Below, piece after piece: positions 45,958-56,014 of a stretch of DNA of 64,000 nt; position 1 is the stretch's first letter, and every line of letters starts with the position of its first letter. The stretch is from Nitrospinaceae bacterium (GTDB taxonomy: Bacteria; Nitrospinota; Nitrospinia; Nitrospinales; Nitrospinaceae): assembly GCA_965237905.1 (NCBI GenBank), contig OZ250172.1, forward strand, positions 2,912,001 to 2,976,000. The letters run 5' to 3'. The position numbers and the translations under genes are program-made. Under the pieces are notes generated by a model. That model made no database searches. It saw only the letters and a program-made list of their open reading frames with translations, and was not told the origin of the DNA.

Positions 45958-48753
45958 ATGGAATATAAGGAAACATTGAATTTACATCTGACGGATTTCC
46001 CCATGAAGGCGAATCTGGTCAAGAAGGAACCCGAAGCTCTGAAGCAATGGGAAACGGAGGACCTGTACGGCCAAATCCGCAAGGAGAAGAAAGGCAAACC
46101 CAAATACGTTTTTCATGATGGCCCCCCTTATGCCAATGGTCATATTCACATGGGGCATGCCCTGAACAAGCTTCTCAAAGATTTTGTTGTCAAAATCCAA
46201 AGCATGAAGGGATACGACGCCACCTTTGTGCCGGGGTGGGATTGCCATGGTTTGCCGATCGAGCATCAGGTGGGCAAGGAGTTGAAAAAGCAGAAAAAGG
46301 ATTTCAGCAAAAGTGAAATCCGCAAACTCTGCCGGGAATACGCTGGGAAGTTCGTCGATATTCAAAAGGAAGAGTTCAAACGGCTGGGGGTGTTCGCCAG
46401 TTGGGACAAGCCTTACCTCACCATGGATTATTCATACGAGGCGACCATTGTCCGCGAATTTGCCAAATTCATCGAGCAGGGCATGGTGTACAAGGGGCTC
46501 AAGCCCGTTCACTGGTGCATGCAATGCCAGACCGCTCTGGCGGAGGCGGAAGTCGAATATGACAATCACCGCTCCCCATCCATCTACGTGAAGTTCCCCG
46601 TCGAGTCGGGTTGGAGTGATCAGATCAAGGGACTCGATCCGTCCAAAACGCATTTTGTCATCTGGACCACCACTCCCTGGACCTTGCCCGCCAACCTGGC
46701 GATCTGCCTGCATCCGGATTTTGAGTACACGGCGGTGTCACACAAGGGAGAATATTGGATCGTGGCCAAGGAGCTTGCTCCGGGTTTGTTGGAAGAATGG
46801 GCTATCCAGGACGCAAAAACACTGGGGAAATGTGCCGGCAAGGATCTGGAGGGAGTCGTGTGCCGGCACCCGTTTATCGACCGGGAATCGCCGGTGATTC
46901 TGGGAGAGCATGTCACGCTCGAGCAGGGGACCGGATGCGTGCACACAGCGCCGGGACATGGACAAGAAGACTACATCGTCGGGCAGAAATATGGGCTGGA
47001 CACCTACAATCCTGTGGATGATGCGGGCATCTTCAAACCCATCGTCGAGCATTTTGCCGGACAGTTCGTGACCAAGGCGAATCCGAATATCATAAAAAAA
47101 CTTGAGGACGATGGGTTCCTGGTTTCCGCCAGCGAGGTGGACCATTCCTATCCGCATTGCTGGCGTTGTCATCAACCGATCATTTTCCGGGCAACGGCGC
47201 AATGGTTTATCCCGATGGACAAGGATGGGCTGCGCACCAATGCCTTGGCAGAAATCAACAAGACCCGTTGGGTTCCACCTTGGGGCCGGAAGCGCATTTA
47301 CAGCATGGTGGAGAACCGGCCGGACTGGTGCGTGTCGCGTCAACGCGCCTGGGGGGTTCCTATTACTGTATTGACCTGCAAGCAATGTGAAACGCAGGTG
47401 ACTTCTCCGGAAGTGATGTCGCACATTGTTCAGCTGGTGGAACAGCATGGCGCGGATTTCTGGTTTGAAAAGGAAGTAGGGGAATTATTACCTGCCGGTT
47501 ATAAATGTTCCTGCGGAAGCACCGAATTCATCAAGGAAATGGATATTCTGGATGTCTGGTTCGACTCCGGCGTCAGCCATGCCGCTGTTTTGGAGGGCGA
47601 TCCCAATATGCAATGGCCTGCTGACCTGTACCTCGAAGGCAGTGACCAGCACCGGGGATGGTTTCACAGCTCCTTGCTGGAGTCGGTGGGCACCCGGTCC
47701 GCCGCGCCCTATAAAACGGTCCTCACTCACGGATACGTGGTCGATGGCAAAGGCAAGAAAATGTCCAAGTCGGCGGGCAACGTCATCGCTCCCCAAAAAA
47801 TCATCGATCAATACGGTGCCGAAATCCTGCGGCTGTGGGTGGCCTCGGAAAATTACCGGGAGGACATCCGTATTTCGCATGAAATTTTGAAGCGTCTGAC
47901 CGAGGCCTATCGCAAAATTCGCAACACCTTCCGGTATCTGCTGGGCAACTTGAGTGATTTCGATCCCAAATCGGATGCGGTTCCTGCGGACGAGTTGGAG
48001 GAAATCGATCGTTACATTCTTTACCGGTTCCGAACCGTGTCTAAAAGAATTTTGAAAGCGTTCGATGATTTTGAATTCCACATCTTCTACCATTCTTTTT
48101 ATAATTTTTGCATTGTGGACTTGAGTGCGTTTTATCTGGATATCTTGAAGGACCGTTTGTACACGTATCCCAAAACTTCTAAGGAACGACGGTCGGGGCA
48201 AACCGCGATGTATGAATTGTTGAAGGGGATGGCGCAATTGATGGCTCCGGTCCTCAGTTTTACTTCCGAGGAAGTCTGGTCCTTCATGCCTTCTAAAGGC
48301 GATGAAACCTCCAGTGTGCATTTGAGTTCGTTTCCGGATTTGTCCCATACTTCCTTTCCGGATCATTTGGTGGACAAATGGGAAAAGATCAGCCAGTTGA
48401 AAGGGGAGGTCAGCAAGGCTCTGGAGTTACGCCGACAGGCAAAAGTGATCGGTCACTCTCTGGATGCTTTGGTCCGATTGGAGCTTCCGGAAAGTTTGAA
48501 GAAGGTTTTGGAACCGGAACAGGATCAGCTGAAATATATTTTCATCGTTTCCGGAGTGGAAATTGTGGATTCACTGAAGGATGGGGCGGAGGTGTATGCC
48601 AGCGAAGCTATGGAAGGCGTTAAAATTGTGGTTCATCCGGCTCCGGGAAAGAAATGTGATCGATGCTGGAATTATTTCGTCGAAGAACCGATCCCCGAAC
48701 ATCCCAGTATCTGTCTGCGTTGCGTGAAAAATCTTGAATCGGCAAAGGCCTGA
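45958..48753 (+). CDS. ileS: Isoleucine--tRNA ligase (type 1)
   Basis: DGPPYANG.IHMGH, PGWDCHGLPIE, WTTTPWT, KMSKS and a C-terminal CDRCW...CLRC Zn finger. Confidence 0.97.
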   Translation: MEYKETLNLHLTDFPMKANLVKKEPEALKQWETEDLYGQIRKEKKGKPKYVFHDGPPYANGHIHMGHALNKLLKDFVVKIQSMKGYDATFVPGWDCHGLPIEHQVGKELKKQKKDFSKSEIRKLCREYAGKFVDIQKEEFKRLGVFASWDKPYLTMDYSYEATIVREFAKFIEQGMVYKGLKPVHWCMQCQTALAEAEVEYDNHRSPSIYVKFPVESGWSDQIKGLDPSKTHFVIWTTTPWTLPANLAICLHPDFEYTAVSHKGEYWIVAKELAPGLLEEWAIQDAKTLGKCAGKDLEGVVCRHPFIDRESPVILGEHVTLEQGTGCVHTAPGHGQEDYIVGQKYGLDTYNPVDDAGIFKPIVEHFAGQFVTKANPNIIKKLEDDGFLVSASEVDHSYPHCWRCHQPIIFRATAQWFIPMDKDGLRTNALAEINKTRWVPPWGRKRIYSMVENRPDWCVSRQRAWGVPITVLTCKQCETQVTSPEVMSHIVQLVEQHGADFWFEKEVGELLPAGYKCSCGSTEFIKEMDILDVWFDSGVSHAAVLEGDPNMQWPADLYLEGSDQHRGWFHSSLLESVGTRSAAPYKTVLTHGYVVDGKGKKMSKSAGNVIAPQKIIDQYGAEILRLWVASENYREDIRISHEILKRLTEAYRKIRNTFRYLLGNLSDFDPKSDAVPADELEEIDRYILYRFRTVSKRILKAFDDFEFHIFYHSFYNFCIVDLSAFYLDILKDRLYTYPKTSKERRSGQTAMYELLKGMAQLMAPVLSFTSEEVWSFMPSKGDETSSVHLSSFPDLSHTSFPDHLVDKWEKISQLKGEVSKALELRRQAKVIGHSLDALVRLELPESLKKVLEPEQDQLKYIFIVSGVEIVDSLKDGAEVYASEAMEGVKIVVHPAPGKKCDRCWNYFVEEPIPEHPSICLRCVKNLESAKA

Positions 48754-48759
48754 ATACCC

Positions 48760-49269
48760 TTGAGCAATCGGTATCTTCATCTATTCCTGGCTTCCAACGT
48801 TCTGATCATTCTGGATCAGTACACTAAAATGTGGGTTGATGCCCATATTCCGAAACATCGTTATATAATGGTGATCGATAATTTTTTTGCAATCACCCAT
48901 ATTCGCAATCCTGGAGTGGCGTTCGGTTTGTTTGCAGATGGCCCCTCCGAATTCAAGACCTATTTGTTCATCGGGTTTTCGATCATTGCCATTGTCGCTA
49001 TTCTGGTATTTTTTCATCAGACGCCACCTGAAAATAAAATGGTTCGAATTGGGTTGATTCTGATTTTCAGCGGAGCGATTGGGAACATGATCGACCGGGT
49101 CCTGTATCATGAGGTGATCGATTTTCTCGATTTCTTTTACGGAAGTTATCATTGGCCAGCATTCAATATTGCCGACTCCTGTATCACCATTGGAGTGCTG
49201 TTGATGTTTATGGATCTGATCCGCATCGGAAAAGCGCCTCAAGGCGAGGGCTCTTCTGATGTAGCATAA
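48760..49269 (+). CDS. lspA: Lipoprotein signal peptidase II (copy 1)
   Basis: DQYTK, NPGVAFG, GAIGNMIDR, VIDFL and FNIAD; TTG start. Confidence 0.95.
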   Translation: MSNRYLHLFLASNVLIILDQYTKMWVDAHIPKHRYIMVIDNFFAITHIRNPGVAFGLFADGPSEFKTYLFIGFSIIAIVAILVFFHQTPPENKMVRIGLILIFSGAIGNMIDRVLYHEVIDFLDFFYGSYHWPAFNIADSCITIGVLLMFMDLIRIGKAPQGEGSSDVA

Positions 49270-49321
49270 GCTTGATCGGAGTTCCTGCAATCCGCTTTGG
49301 CCTCATGTTTTAACATTGAAC

Positions 49322-49843
49322 ATGTGTCAGACTTTGAAGAATAAATACCTTATTCTCTTTTTAGTCTCCAATTTTCTGATCTTCTTGGATCAGTGCACCA
49401 AGTTTTTAGTGATTACCTACATTCCAAAAAATCATACCTTTCCCGTGATCGATAAATTTTTTGCGCTGACACACGTACGCAATACCGGGGTGGCCTTCAG
49501 TTGGTTTGCGGAGTATAATTCAGATTTAAAGACTTGGGCTTTGATTGGGTTTTCGATTATCGCCATTACCGCCATTCTGGTATTCTTTCATCAGGCGCCC
49601 CGGCACCGAAAGCTGATACACTGGGGTCTGATATTGGTTTTCAGCGGAGCGGTTGGGAATTTCATCGACCGAATAGCGTACAAAGAAGTAGTCGATTGGT
49701 TGGCTTTCTTTTTAGGGGGATACCACTTTCCGATTTTCAACGTGGCCGACTCTTGTATCACCATTGGTGTTGGTATCATGTTTATTGATCTATTTAAGAA
49801 CGAGCGCTTTTCCCGGCCTCCGAAAACTCCTGATATGGCATGA
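49322..49843 (+). CDS. lspA: Lipoprotein signal peptidase II (copy 2)
   Basis: DQCTK, NTGVAFS, GAVGNFIDR, VVDWL and FNVAD. Confidence 0.93.
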   Translation: MCQTLKNKYLILFLVSNFLIFLDQCTKFLVITYIPKNHTFPVIDKFFALTHVRNTGVAFSWFAEYNSDLKTWALIGFSIIAITAILVFFHQAPRHRKLIHWGLILVFSGAVGNFIDRIAYKEVVDWLAFFLGGYHFPIFNVADSCITIGVGIMFIDLFKNERFSRPPKTPDMA

Positions 49844-49895
49844 GCTCGCTCCCCTTACTAAATCTATTTGGAGTCTCGTTTTTTAAAATTTGACC

Positions 49896-50666
49896 ATGCA
49901 TCCTATCTTGCTCGAGTTCGGTTTTTTAAATCTCAAGATTTTCACCTATGGCCTTCTGGTGGCGACCGGTTTTTTTGCCGGAATTTTGCTCGCGGCCTGT
50001 TGGGCGAAGCAGGATGGGCTGGACCAGCAGAGAATTCTGGACCTGTGTTTTTACATCGCCATCGCCGCTTTGGTGGGCGGCCGCACTCTTTATATTATCG
50101 TTGAATACCGATACTTTCTTGCCAATCCACTTGAAGTGCTCAAATTCTGGAAGGGCGGGCTGGTTTTTTATGGCGGGTTGATCGGGGCAGTAGCGATGGC
50201 CTGGTATTACATGCGCAAACACTCGCTTCCCATATGGCAGGTCGCTGATATCCTGGCACCCTGTCTCGCCGTCGGCCAGGCGGTCGGCCGTTGGGGATGT
50301 TTTTTCGCGGGTTGCTGTTACGGAATTCGTACCGATGCGCCATGGGCGATCACGTTCACTGATCCCAAGTCTCTTGCGCCACTTAATATCGCTTTGCATC
50401 CCACCCAGGTTTACCTTTCTATCAACGCGCTCGTTATTTTCGGAATCCTTGTCTGGTTGCGTAAACGTAAGAAGTTTGACGGGCAGGTCTTCTGGGTGTA
50501 CGGCATTCTGTATTCCATCGGCCGATTCATCATCGAATTTTACCGGGGGGATGATCGGGGGTATGCCGTGCCGGATGCGCTTTCCACCTCCCAATTCATT
50601 GGGATTTTCGTACTGGGACTTTCGATTTATATGCTAACCCGGCTCCGCTCTCAAAAGCACGCCTGA
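49896..50666 (+). CDS. lgt: Prolipoprotein diacylglyceryl transferase
   Basis: YG, GGR, GGLVFYGG, GRWGCF, HPTQ.Y and RFIIEFYR. Confidence 0.95.
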   Translation: MHPILLEFGFLNLKIFTYGLLVATGFFAGILLAACWAKQDGLDQQRILDLCFYIAIAALVGGRTLYIIVEYRYFLANPLEVLKFWKGGLVFYGGLIGAVAMAWYYMRKHSLPIWQVADILAPCLAVGQAVGRWGCFFAGCCYGIRTDAPWAITFTDPKSLAPLNIALHPTQVYLSINALVIFGILVWLRKRKKFDGQVFWVYGILYSIGRFIIEFYRGDDRGYAVPDALSTSQFIGIFVLGLSIYMLTRLRSQKHA

Positions 50667-50702
50667 TTCTTCCCCGAAACCTTTCTTTCCGGGAATCACG
50701 AA

Positions 50703-51932
50703 ATGAAACTCAAACTCCACTGGCAGATATTGATCGCGATGGTGCTGGCATGGCTGTTTCATCTGTTGGTGGGCGAGCCGTCCCGCATCGTCGAGCCGTT
50801 GGGCGTTGTTTTCATCCGGCTTTTGAAGATGGTCATTATTCCCCTGGTCGTCCTTTCCATCATTACGGGCGTCGCGGGGGTGGGAGACTCCAAAAAGTTG
50901 GGGCGGTTGGGGATTAAAACCCTTACGTATTATCTGGGCACCAGTCTGCTCGCGATTGTGTTGGGGTTGATTTTGGTGAATCTCATTCAACCGGGCAAGG
51001 TGGCGGATCTGCCGCCGGACCTCTCTTTTTCTCCGGACCAGTTACACAAACCGGATTCTCCGCTGGATGTTTTGATTCGCATGGTCCCGGTCAATCCCTT
51101 CGCCGCCGCCGTGGAGGGAGATATTCTCGGGCTGATCTTTTTTTCTATTGTCATCGGCTTTGGTATCACTCAGGTTTCGCAGGGTATTAAAGAAAAAATT
51201 CTTCCTCCCATTGAAGCGGCGCTTGAAGTGGTGATGAAGGTGGTGCATGTCATCATTCGTCTGGCCCCGATAGGGGTGTTCGGCCTGATTGTCCAGATGT
51301 TGAATCAGGATTTGGGTGCCGCATTTTTTAAGGCGGTGGGTCTTTATATGGTGACCATCGCCGTTGGATTGTCGATTCATTTTCTGATTGTCCTGCCTTT
51401 GATTTATTATCTGTTCCTGAGAAAAAACCCATTAGATCAATTCCGGCATATGGCGAGCGCGCTGGCGACGGTGTTCGCCACCAGTTCTTCCCTGGCGGCG
51501 CTTCCAGTGACGATGGAATGCGTGGAGGACAACATTGGAGTGCCCAACAAGATAGCCGGTTTTGTTTTACCACTGGGTGCAACGATCAATATGGACGGCA
51601 CCGCGTTGTTTGAATGTGTCGGGGTGCTGTTTATCGCCCAGGTAATGGGAATTTCCCTTGGGATGGACCAGCAATTTCTGGTGGTGCTGACCGCGCTGTT
51701 GGCCTCCATCGGAGCCGCCGCGGTGCCATCCGCTGGACTGGTGATGATTTTTATCGTGTTGGAAGCCGTGGGGATTCAGGGAGAAATGGTGGGCGTGATC
51801 GTCGGGACAATGCTGGCAGTGGACCGGCCGCTGGATATGTACCGGGGCCTGGTTAACATTTTCAGCGATTCGGTGGGTGCGGTGATCATTGCCAAGAGTG
51901 AAGGAGAGGAACTGACTCCTAAGGCGTCTTAA
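50703..51932 (+). CDS. Dicarboxylate/amino acid:cation symporter (DAACS)
   Basis: FIRLLKM, TSSSLAALP, PLGATINMDGTA and AVDRPLDMYR. Confidence 0.93.
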   Translation: MKLKLHWQILIAMVLAWLFHLLVGEPSRIVEPLGVVFIRLLKMVIIPLVVLSIITGVAGVGDSKKLGRLGIKTLTYYLGTSLLAIVLGLILVNLIQPGKVADLPPDLSFSPDQLHKPDSPLDVLIRMVPVNPFAAAVEGDILGLIFFSIVIGFGITQVSQGIKEKILPPIEAALEVVMKVVHVIIRLAPIGVFGLIVQMLNQDLGAAFFKAVGLYMVTIAVGLSIHFLIVLPLIYYLFLRKNPLDQFRHMASALATVFATSSSLAALPVTMECVEDNIGVPNKIAGFVLPLGATINMDGTALFECVGVLFIAQVMGISLGMDQQFLVVLTALLASIGAAAVPSAGLVMIFIVLEAVGIQGEMVGVIVGTMLAVDRPLDMYRGLVNIFSDSVGAVIIAKSEGEELTPKAS

Positions 51933-52919
51933 AGATAAGATTTGAGCCGAAGAGAGTATAAAGATAAAAGATACAGGCTATGGTCAGGATGGGGCCGCCC
52001 CAGATTTTCAGGACCGACCACGTTCCCATGTGTTTGACCAAGTCTCCCTCCGGACGGTTGCTGATGACAAAGGGGTGAGGTTTCTTTTTTTTGAATATCA
52101 ATTTGGTTTTTGGGATTAACTCTTCCAGCTTTTCCTTACTGTATTTGTTGGACAGTCTCTGTGCAAGAATTTGGGCGCCGCGTTCCAGTTCGTCGTGGTC
52201 CAGCGTGCCGTCGCGGTTGGCATCGTACCGGGCCTTTAACTTTTTATCCTCTTGAATCTCCTTTTTGGCTTTCAGAAAATATTTCAGTTTGGGTTTTTTG
52301 ATTTCCTCAAACCTTAACCCGGATTCTGCGTGTCCCAGAACATAAACCTCTTCGTTGGGCATAAAACACCATTCCAGAAGCCGGTATTTTTCTGAGAACA
52401 ACCATGAAGTTTTTTTGAATTTGAATTTTTTCAGTTGATGTTGGTTGGTAGTAAGGGATTTTCGTAGAGGGTCGGATATTTCATCCAAGTCGCTGGAACT
52501 GAAATAATAATTATCGGTTTTGCCTTTCCGGTTGATCCGGGCTCCCTCTGCCAGGACAAGGGCGGTGGCTCCGCTTTGGTCATCGATATAAAACCCTTCA
52601 TGCGAAAAAAACTGATCGATGGTCACCCAGTAAGTGCTGTTTTTTCGGCGTCGCTCTACCTGGATTTCGATGTGGTAAATGGCGCACGGTTGTCCGGAGA
52701 TCGGCGCGGTGACCATCCTTTCTTTTTCCACAATGATATTTCCTTTGATCTCAACATCAGTTCCCACGGCGCCGGTATTGATTTTTGAAGTGGGAATATT
52801 CTGGATGGTGCGTTTGATTTTGAGTTCTTTGAAGCCTCTGACAAACCAGACGACTCCCATGACCGCACCGATCGCGGCCCCATGATTAAATCGCCGTCAT
52901 TGCTTGAAGATGTTGGCAT
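51919..52919 (-). CDS. GIDE/BAM-domain membrane protein with EF-hand (paralogue 2); apparent 1-nt frameshift near the 5' end
   Basis: Main ORF 51919-52860 is a paralogue of 52933-53958. One extra G in the GGGG at 52878-52881 would join the ATG at 52919 and give MPTSSSNDGDLIMGAAIGAVMGVVWF. EF loop DANRDGTLDHDE. Confidence 0.75.
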
Positions 52920-52932
52920 ATGAGGTTTTAGA

Positions 52933-53958
52933 TTATGGGGAAAATAAGGTGAAGAGGTAGGCTGCGCACCCGGTGCTTAAAACAGGTCCTCCCCAGATTT
53001 TCAGGGTGGACCAGGTAGCCAGGTCTTTGATCAAATCTTTTTCCGACATATTGCTGATGTAGAATGGATTTGGCTTTTTCTGTTTGAAGATCATTTTGGT
53101 TTTGGAGGCGAGATCTTCCAGCTTCTCCTTGCTGTGCTTCGATTCCAGTTGCAGGGCCAGTATTTTGGCTCCCCGTTCCAGTTCCGCCTCGTCCAGTTGA
53201 CCGTCTTGATTGGTATCGAAGCGGACTTTCAATTTGTCGTTTTCCTGGATTGCTTTTTTGGCTTTTAAGAAGGTTTTGAATTTCAGGGTTTTGCGTTTGG
53301 GGGCTCTCAGTCCGGAATCCGCATAGCCGAGGACGAAGATGGTTTCGCCTACCGGGAAATACCATTCCCGGAACCGGAAGCGGTTTGAAAAGAGCCATGA
53401 AGATTTTTTCATTTTGAATTTTCTCAGTTTTTTCTGGTTGGCCTCAAGAGCCTGGTGCAACCCCAATGGCATCTGGTCAAAATTGTTGGATTGCATCTCG
53501 AAATCCCGGGTGCCGCCTTTTCTTTTGACGACCGCCCCACTTGCCAACACCATGGCGTTGGCCCCACTGCTGTCATCGATAAAAAACCCTTTGCCTGAAT
53601 AAAAGCTTTCGACGGTGACCCAATGCCCTCGGTTGAATCCGGTTCGGGAATTGTGGCTTCCAAGCGAACTTCCCCGGTAACTGCGGTTCCGTTCCCAACG
53701 TTGAATTTCGATAGAGTAGAAGGCGCAAGGGCGTCCACTGATCGGGGCATTAACGATTTGATCTTTTTCACAAACGATCCGGCCGGTGACCTCGACGTTG
53801 GTCCCGATGGCGCCGGTGCTTATTTTAGAGGTGGGAATATTCTGGATAATGCGCTTGGATTTGAGTTCCTTGAATCCGGCGAAGAAAAAGTAAATGCCGA
53901 GGCTCAGCCCTATCAGGGCTATGATCGGTTCACTGCCTTCTATATAGACTCCATTCAT
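52933..53958 (-). CDS. GIDE/BAM-domain membrane protein with EF-hand (paralogue 1)
   Basis: N-terminal TM, IQNIPTSKI...VEVTG...APISGRPC...FFIDDSSG...RFREW...IFVLG...PFYIS, and a C-terminal TM. EF loop DTNQDGQLDEAE. Confidence 0.8.
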   Translation of the reverse strand: MNGVYIEGSEPIIALIGLSLGIYFFFAGFKELKSKRIIQNIPTSKISTGAIGTNVEVTGRIVCEKDQIVNAPISGRPCAFYSIEIQRWERNRSYRGSSLGSHNSRTGFNRGHWVTVESFYSGKGFFIDDSSGANAMVLASGAVVKRKGGTRDFEMQSNNFDQMPLGLHQALEANQKKLRKFKMKKSSWLFSNRFRFREWYFPVGETIFVLGYADSGLRAPKRKTLKFKTFLKAKKAIQENDKLKVRFDTNQDGQLDEAELERGAKILALQLESKHSKEKLEDLASKTKMIFKQKKPNPFYISNMSEKDLIKDLATWSTLKIWGGPVLSTGCAAYLFTLFSP

Positions 53959-53996
53959 GATTACTGCTGGATTTGTTATGGTCCAAGCGGGACAAC

Positions 53997-54581
53997 TCAG
54001 CCGAACTTGGGAATCTTGATGTTGATTTTGACATCCTCGCGTTCTTTTTGGCTGACTTTGAACATGACCTCGTCCTGATAATTGAGCATACCTGCAATGA
54101 GGACGTCTGGGATCTGCTTGATACGGATATTGTAGTTGTTGACGCTATCGTTGTAGAACTCCCGCCGGTCTGCCAGGGTTTCTTCCAGATGGGAGATGCG
54201 TTCCTGGAGTTGCATGAAGTTCTTGTTGGTTTTCAAGTCTGGATAACTTTCTGCCAGCGCGAATATGCCTTGCAGAGCTGCGGTAACTTCGTTGCTGGCT
54301 TCCGATTTTTTGGCAACGCCCTCCGCTTTGAAGTATTTTTCGCGAGCTTTCATGAGGCGATCCAGAACGCCTGTTTCGAACTCCGAGTAACTTTCACAGA
54401 CGGAGATCAGCTTGGGAAGTTCATCGTGACGCTGTTTGAGGATGACGTCGATGTTGGACCACGATTTTTTGATGTTTTCCTTCAGGGAGATCAGGCCGTT
54501 GTAAATGGTTACGAAGTAGCCGACGATGGCCAGTGCCCCGAAGAGGAAAATCCCCAAAAAGATTAAGATTCCTGTGCTCAT
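53997..54581 (-). CDS. lemA: LemA-family protein
   Basis: N-terminal TM, YNGL, WSNIDV.LKQR.DELP, AESYPDLK, F.QLQ, RREFYN and YN. Confidence 0.95.
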   Translation of the reverse strand: MSTGILIFLGIFLFGALAIVGYFVTIYNGLISLKENIKKSWSNIDVILKQRHDELPKLISVCESYSEFETGVLDRLMKAREKYFKAEGVAKKSEASNEVTAALQGIFALAESYPDLKTNKNFMQLQERISHLEETLADRREFYNDSVNNYNIRIKQIPDVLIAGMLNYQDEVMFKVSQKEREDVKINIKIPKFG

Positions 54582-54786
54582 CCGTTTTTCCTTCCGTTAA
54601 TAAGGTTGGGCCCAACCCCTCCCCGTTTAGAATCATGCTTGTGATGTCTTCTCGATTGAAAGCTGACTATATGATCAAGGTTAAGGGAACGGCGATGAAT
54701 AATCAAAATTTTTATAGGAATGGCGTCTATAAGCCACATCCGTTGTTCGTCGGATGAGGTTTCTAATAGAGAGGGTTTCTACGATC

Positions 54787-54999
54787 CTATAAAGAATTTA
54801 TGTCCTCTTCGTCGACGATATTTTCCGCGAAGCCGTCTTCAATGATGGCGTCAGCTAAATTCCCATAACCTCCCGGTTCGTAATTATCGACGTTTTCGTT
54901 GTCGAAGTCGTCGAAATAAACGGAATGTTCTTTTTCGCACCATTCTCGAATAGAATTGCTGAATCTCAGGATTCTTTGCACCGCTTCCAGTTTGTCCAT
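54787..54999 (-). CDS. Small acidic hypothetical protein
   Basis: 70-aa ORF with protein-like, strongly Asp/Glu-rich composition, in an otherwise intergenic gap. Confidence 0.65.
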   Translation of the reverse strand: MDKLEAVQRILRFSNSIREWCEKEHSVYFDDFDNENVDNYEPGGYGNLADAIIEDGFAENIVDEEDINSL

Positions 55000-55159
55000 A
55001 GGTTTTCAATCCGTATGTAATAAGAGGGTATGCCGAAACCCCGCCAATTTAGTGCTAAAAAAATTCATGGGATTATTTTAAAACGACTCTATAATATTAA
55101 AAGACCTTTTTAGAAGAAATATACACTAAAAAAGGAAAAGCAGTCTAAAGGATAAAAAT

Positions 55160-55996
55160 ATGGCGATAAAAATTACAGACTTGGTGGAATCCTGGGCGGC
55201 ATCTCCACCCATATTGTACTACCAACTTCGTGAAAAACTGGATGATCCCGATACCTCCTTCGATGATTTGGCGACCATTATCCAGAATGACACGGTAATG
55301 AGTGCGCGGCTTCTTAAAATCGTCAATAGTGCCTTTTACGGATTCGATGAAAAGGTGGATACCTTAACGCACGCCTTGAACATTGTCGGTACCGAGCAAT
55401 TGACCGATCTCGCGTTGGCCGCCATTGTTACCAGCAAGTTTGGGGGCATTCCACGTGACCTGATTAACATGGAAACATTCTGGATGCACAGCATCGGCTG
55501 TGGCATTGCCGCCCGGAAAATAGCCAAGCTCCTGTCGGGTGTGGAAGCTGAAAAAATGTATCTGGGAGGGATGCTCCACGATATCGGAAGTTTGATTCTT
55601 TTCAAGGAATCGCCGGGGGACGCCAAAAAAATCTTACTGCGTTGCAAGGAAAGCGGAGAGAGCCTTTTCAAGGTGGAAAAAGAGGTTCTTGGCTACGATC
55701 ATGCGGAAGTTGGAGCCTTGCTATTGACGGAATGGAAGCTTCCCGAGAGATTGGTAGAAATGGTAAGATATCACCACCAACCCGCGAATGCAGGGGATTA
55801 TCTGGAAGAGACCTGTATTATTGCCCGGGCGGATGCGTTGGTTTACGAAATGGAAATCGGGAACAGCGGAGAACCGGGAGTGCCGGAATTGGATCCGAGG
55901 GTTTCCGAGATGGTTCCAATACCTGACGAAGAAATGAACCGATTGAAAGAAGAAATTGCCGTGCAGGTAGACGACACGGTTCGAATGTTCTTTTAA
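55160..55996 (+). CDS. HDOD-domain protein
   Basis: D.VMSARLLKIVNSAFYG, FWMHS, GMLHDIG, DHAEVG...W.LP and HHQP. Confidence 0.93.
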   Translation: MAIKITDLVESWAASPPILYYQLREKLDDPDTSFDDLATIIQNDTVMSARLLKIVNSAFYGFDEKVDTLTHALNIVGTEQLTDLALAAIVTSKFGGIPRDLINMETFWMHSIGCGIAARKIAKLLSGVEAEKMYLGGMLHDIGSLILFKESPGDAKKILLRCKESGESLFKVEKEVLGYDHAEVGALLLTEWKLPERLVEMVRYHHQPANAGDYLEETCIIARADALVYEMEIGNSGEPGVPELDPRVSEMVPIPDEEMNRLKEEIAVQVDDTVRMFF

Positions 55997-56014
55997 TCAT
56001 AACTTCTATTGGCT

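Noticed and set aside
44722..48366. Long antisense ORFs over trpS and ileS (also over RND, lgt and lemA)
   Set aside because: Shadow frames of well-conserved genes, with no motifs or RBS.
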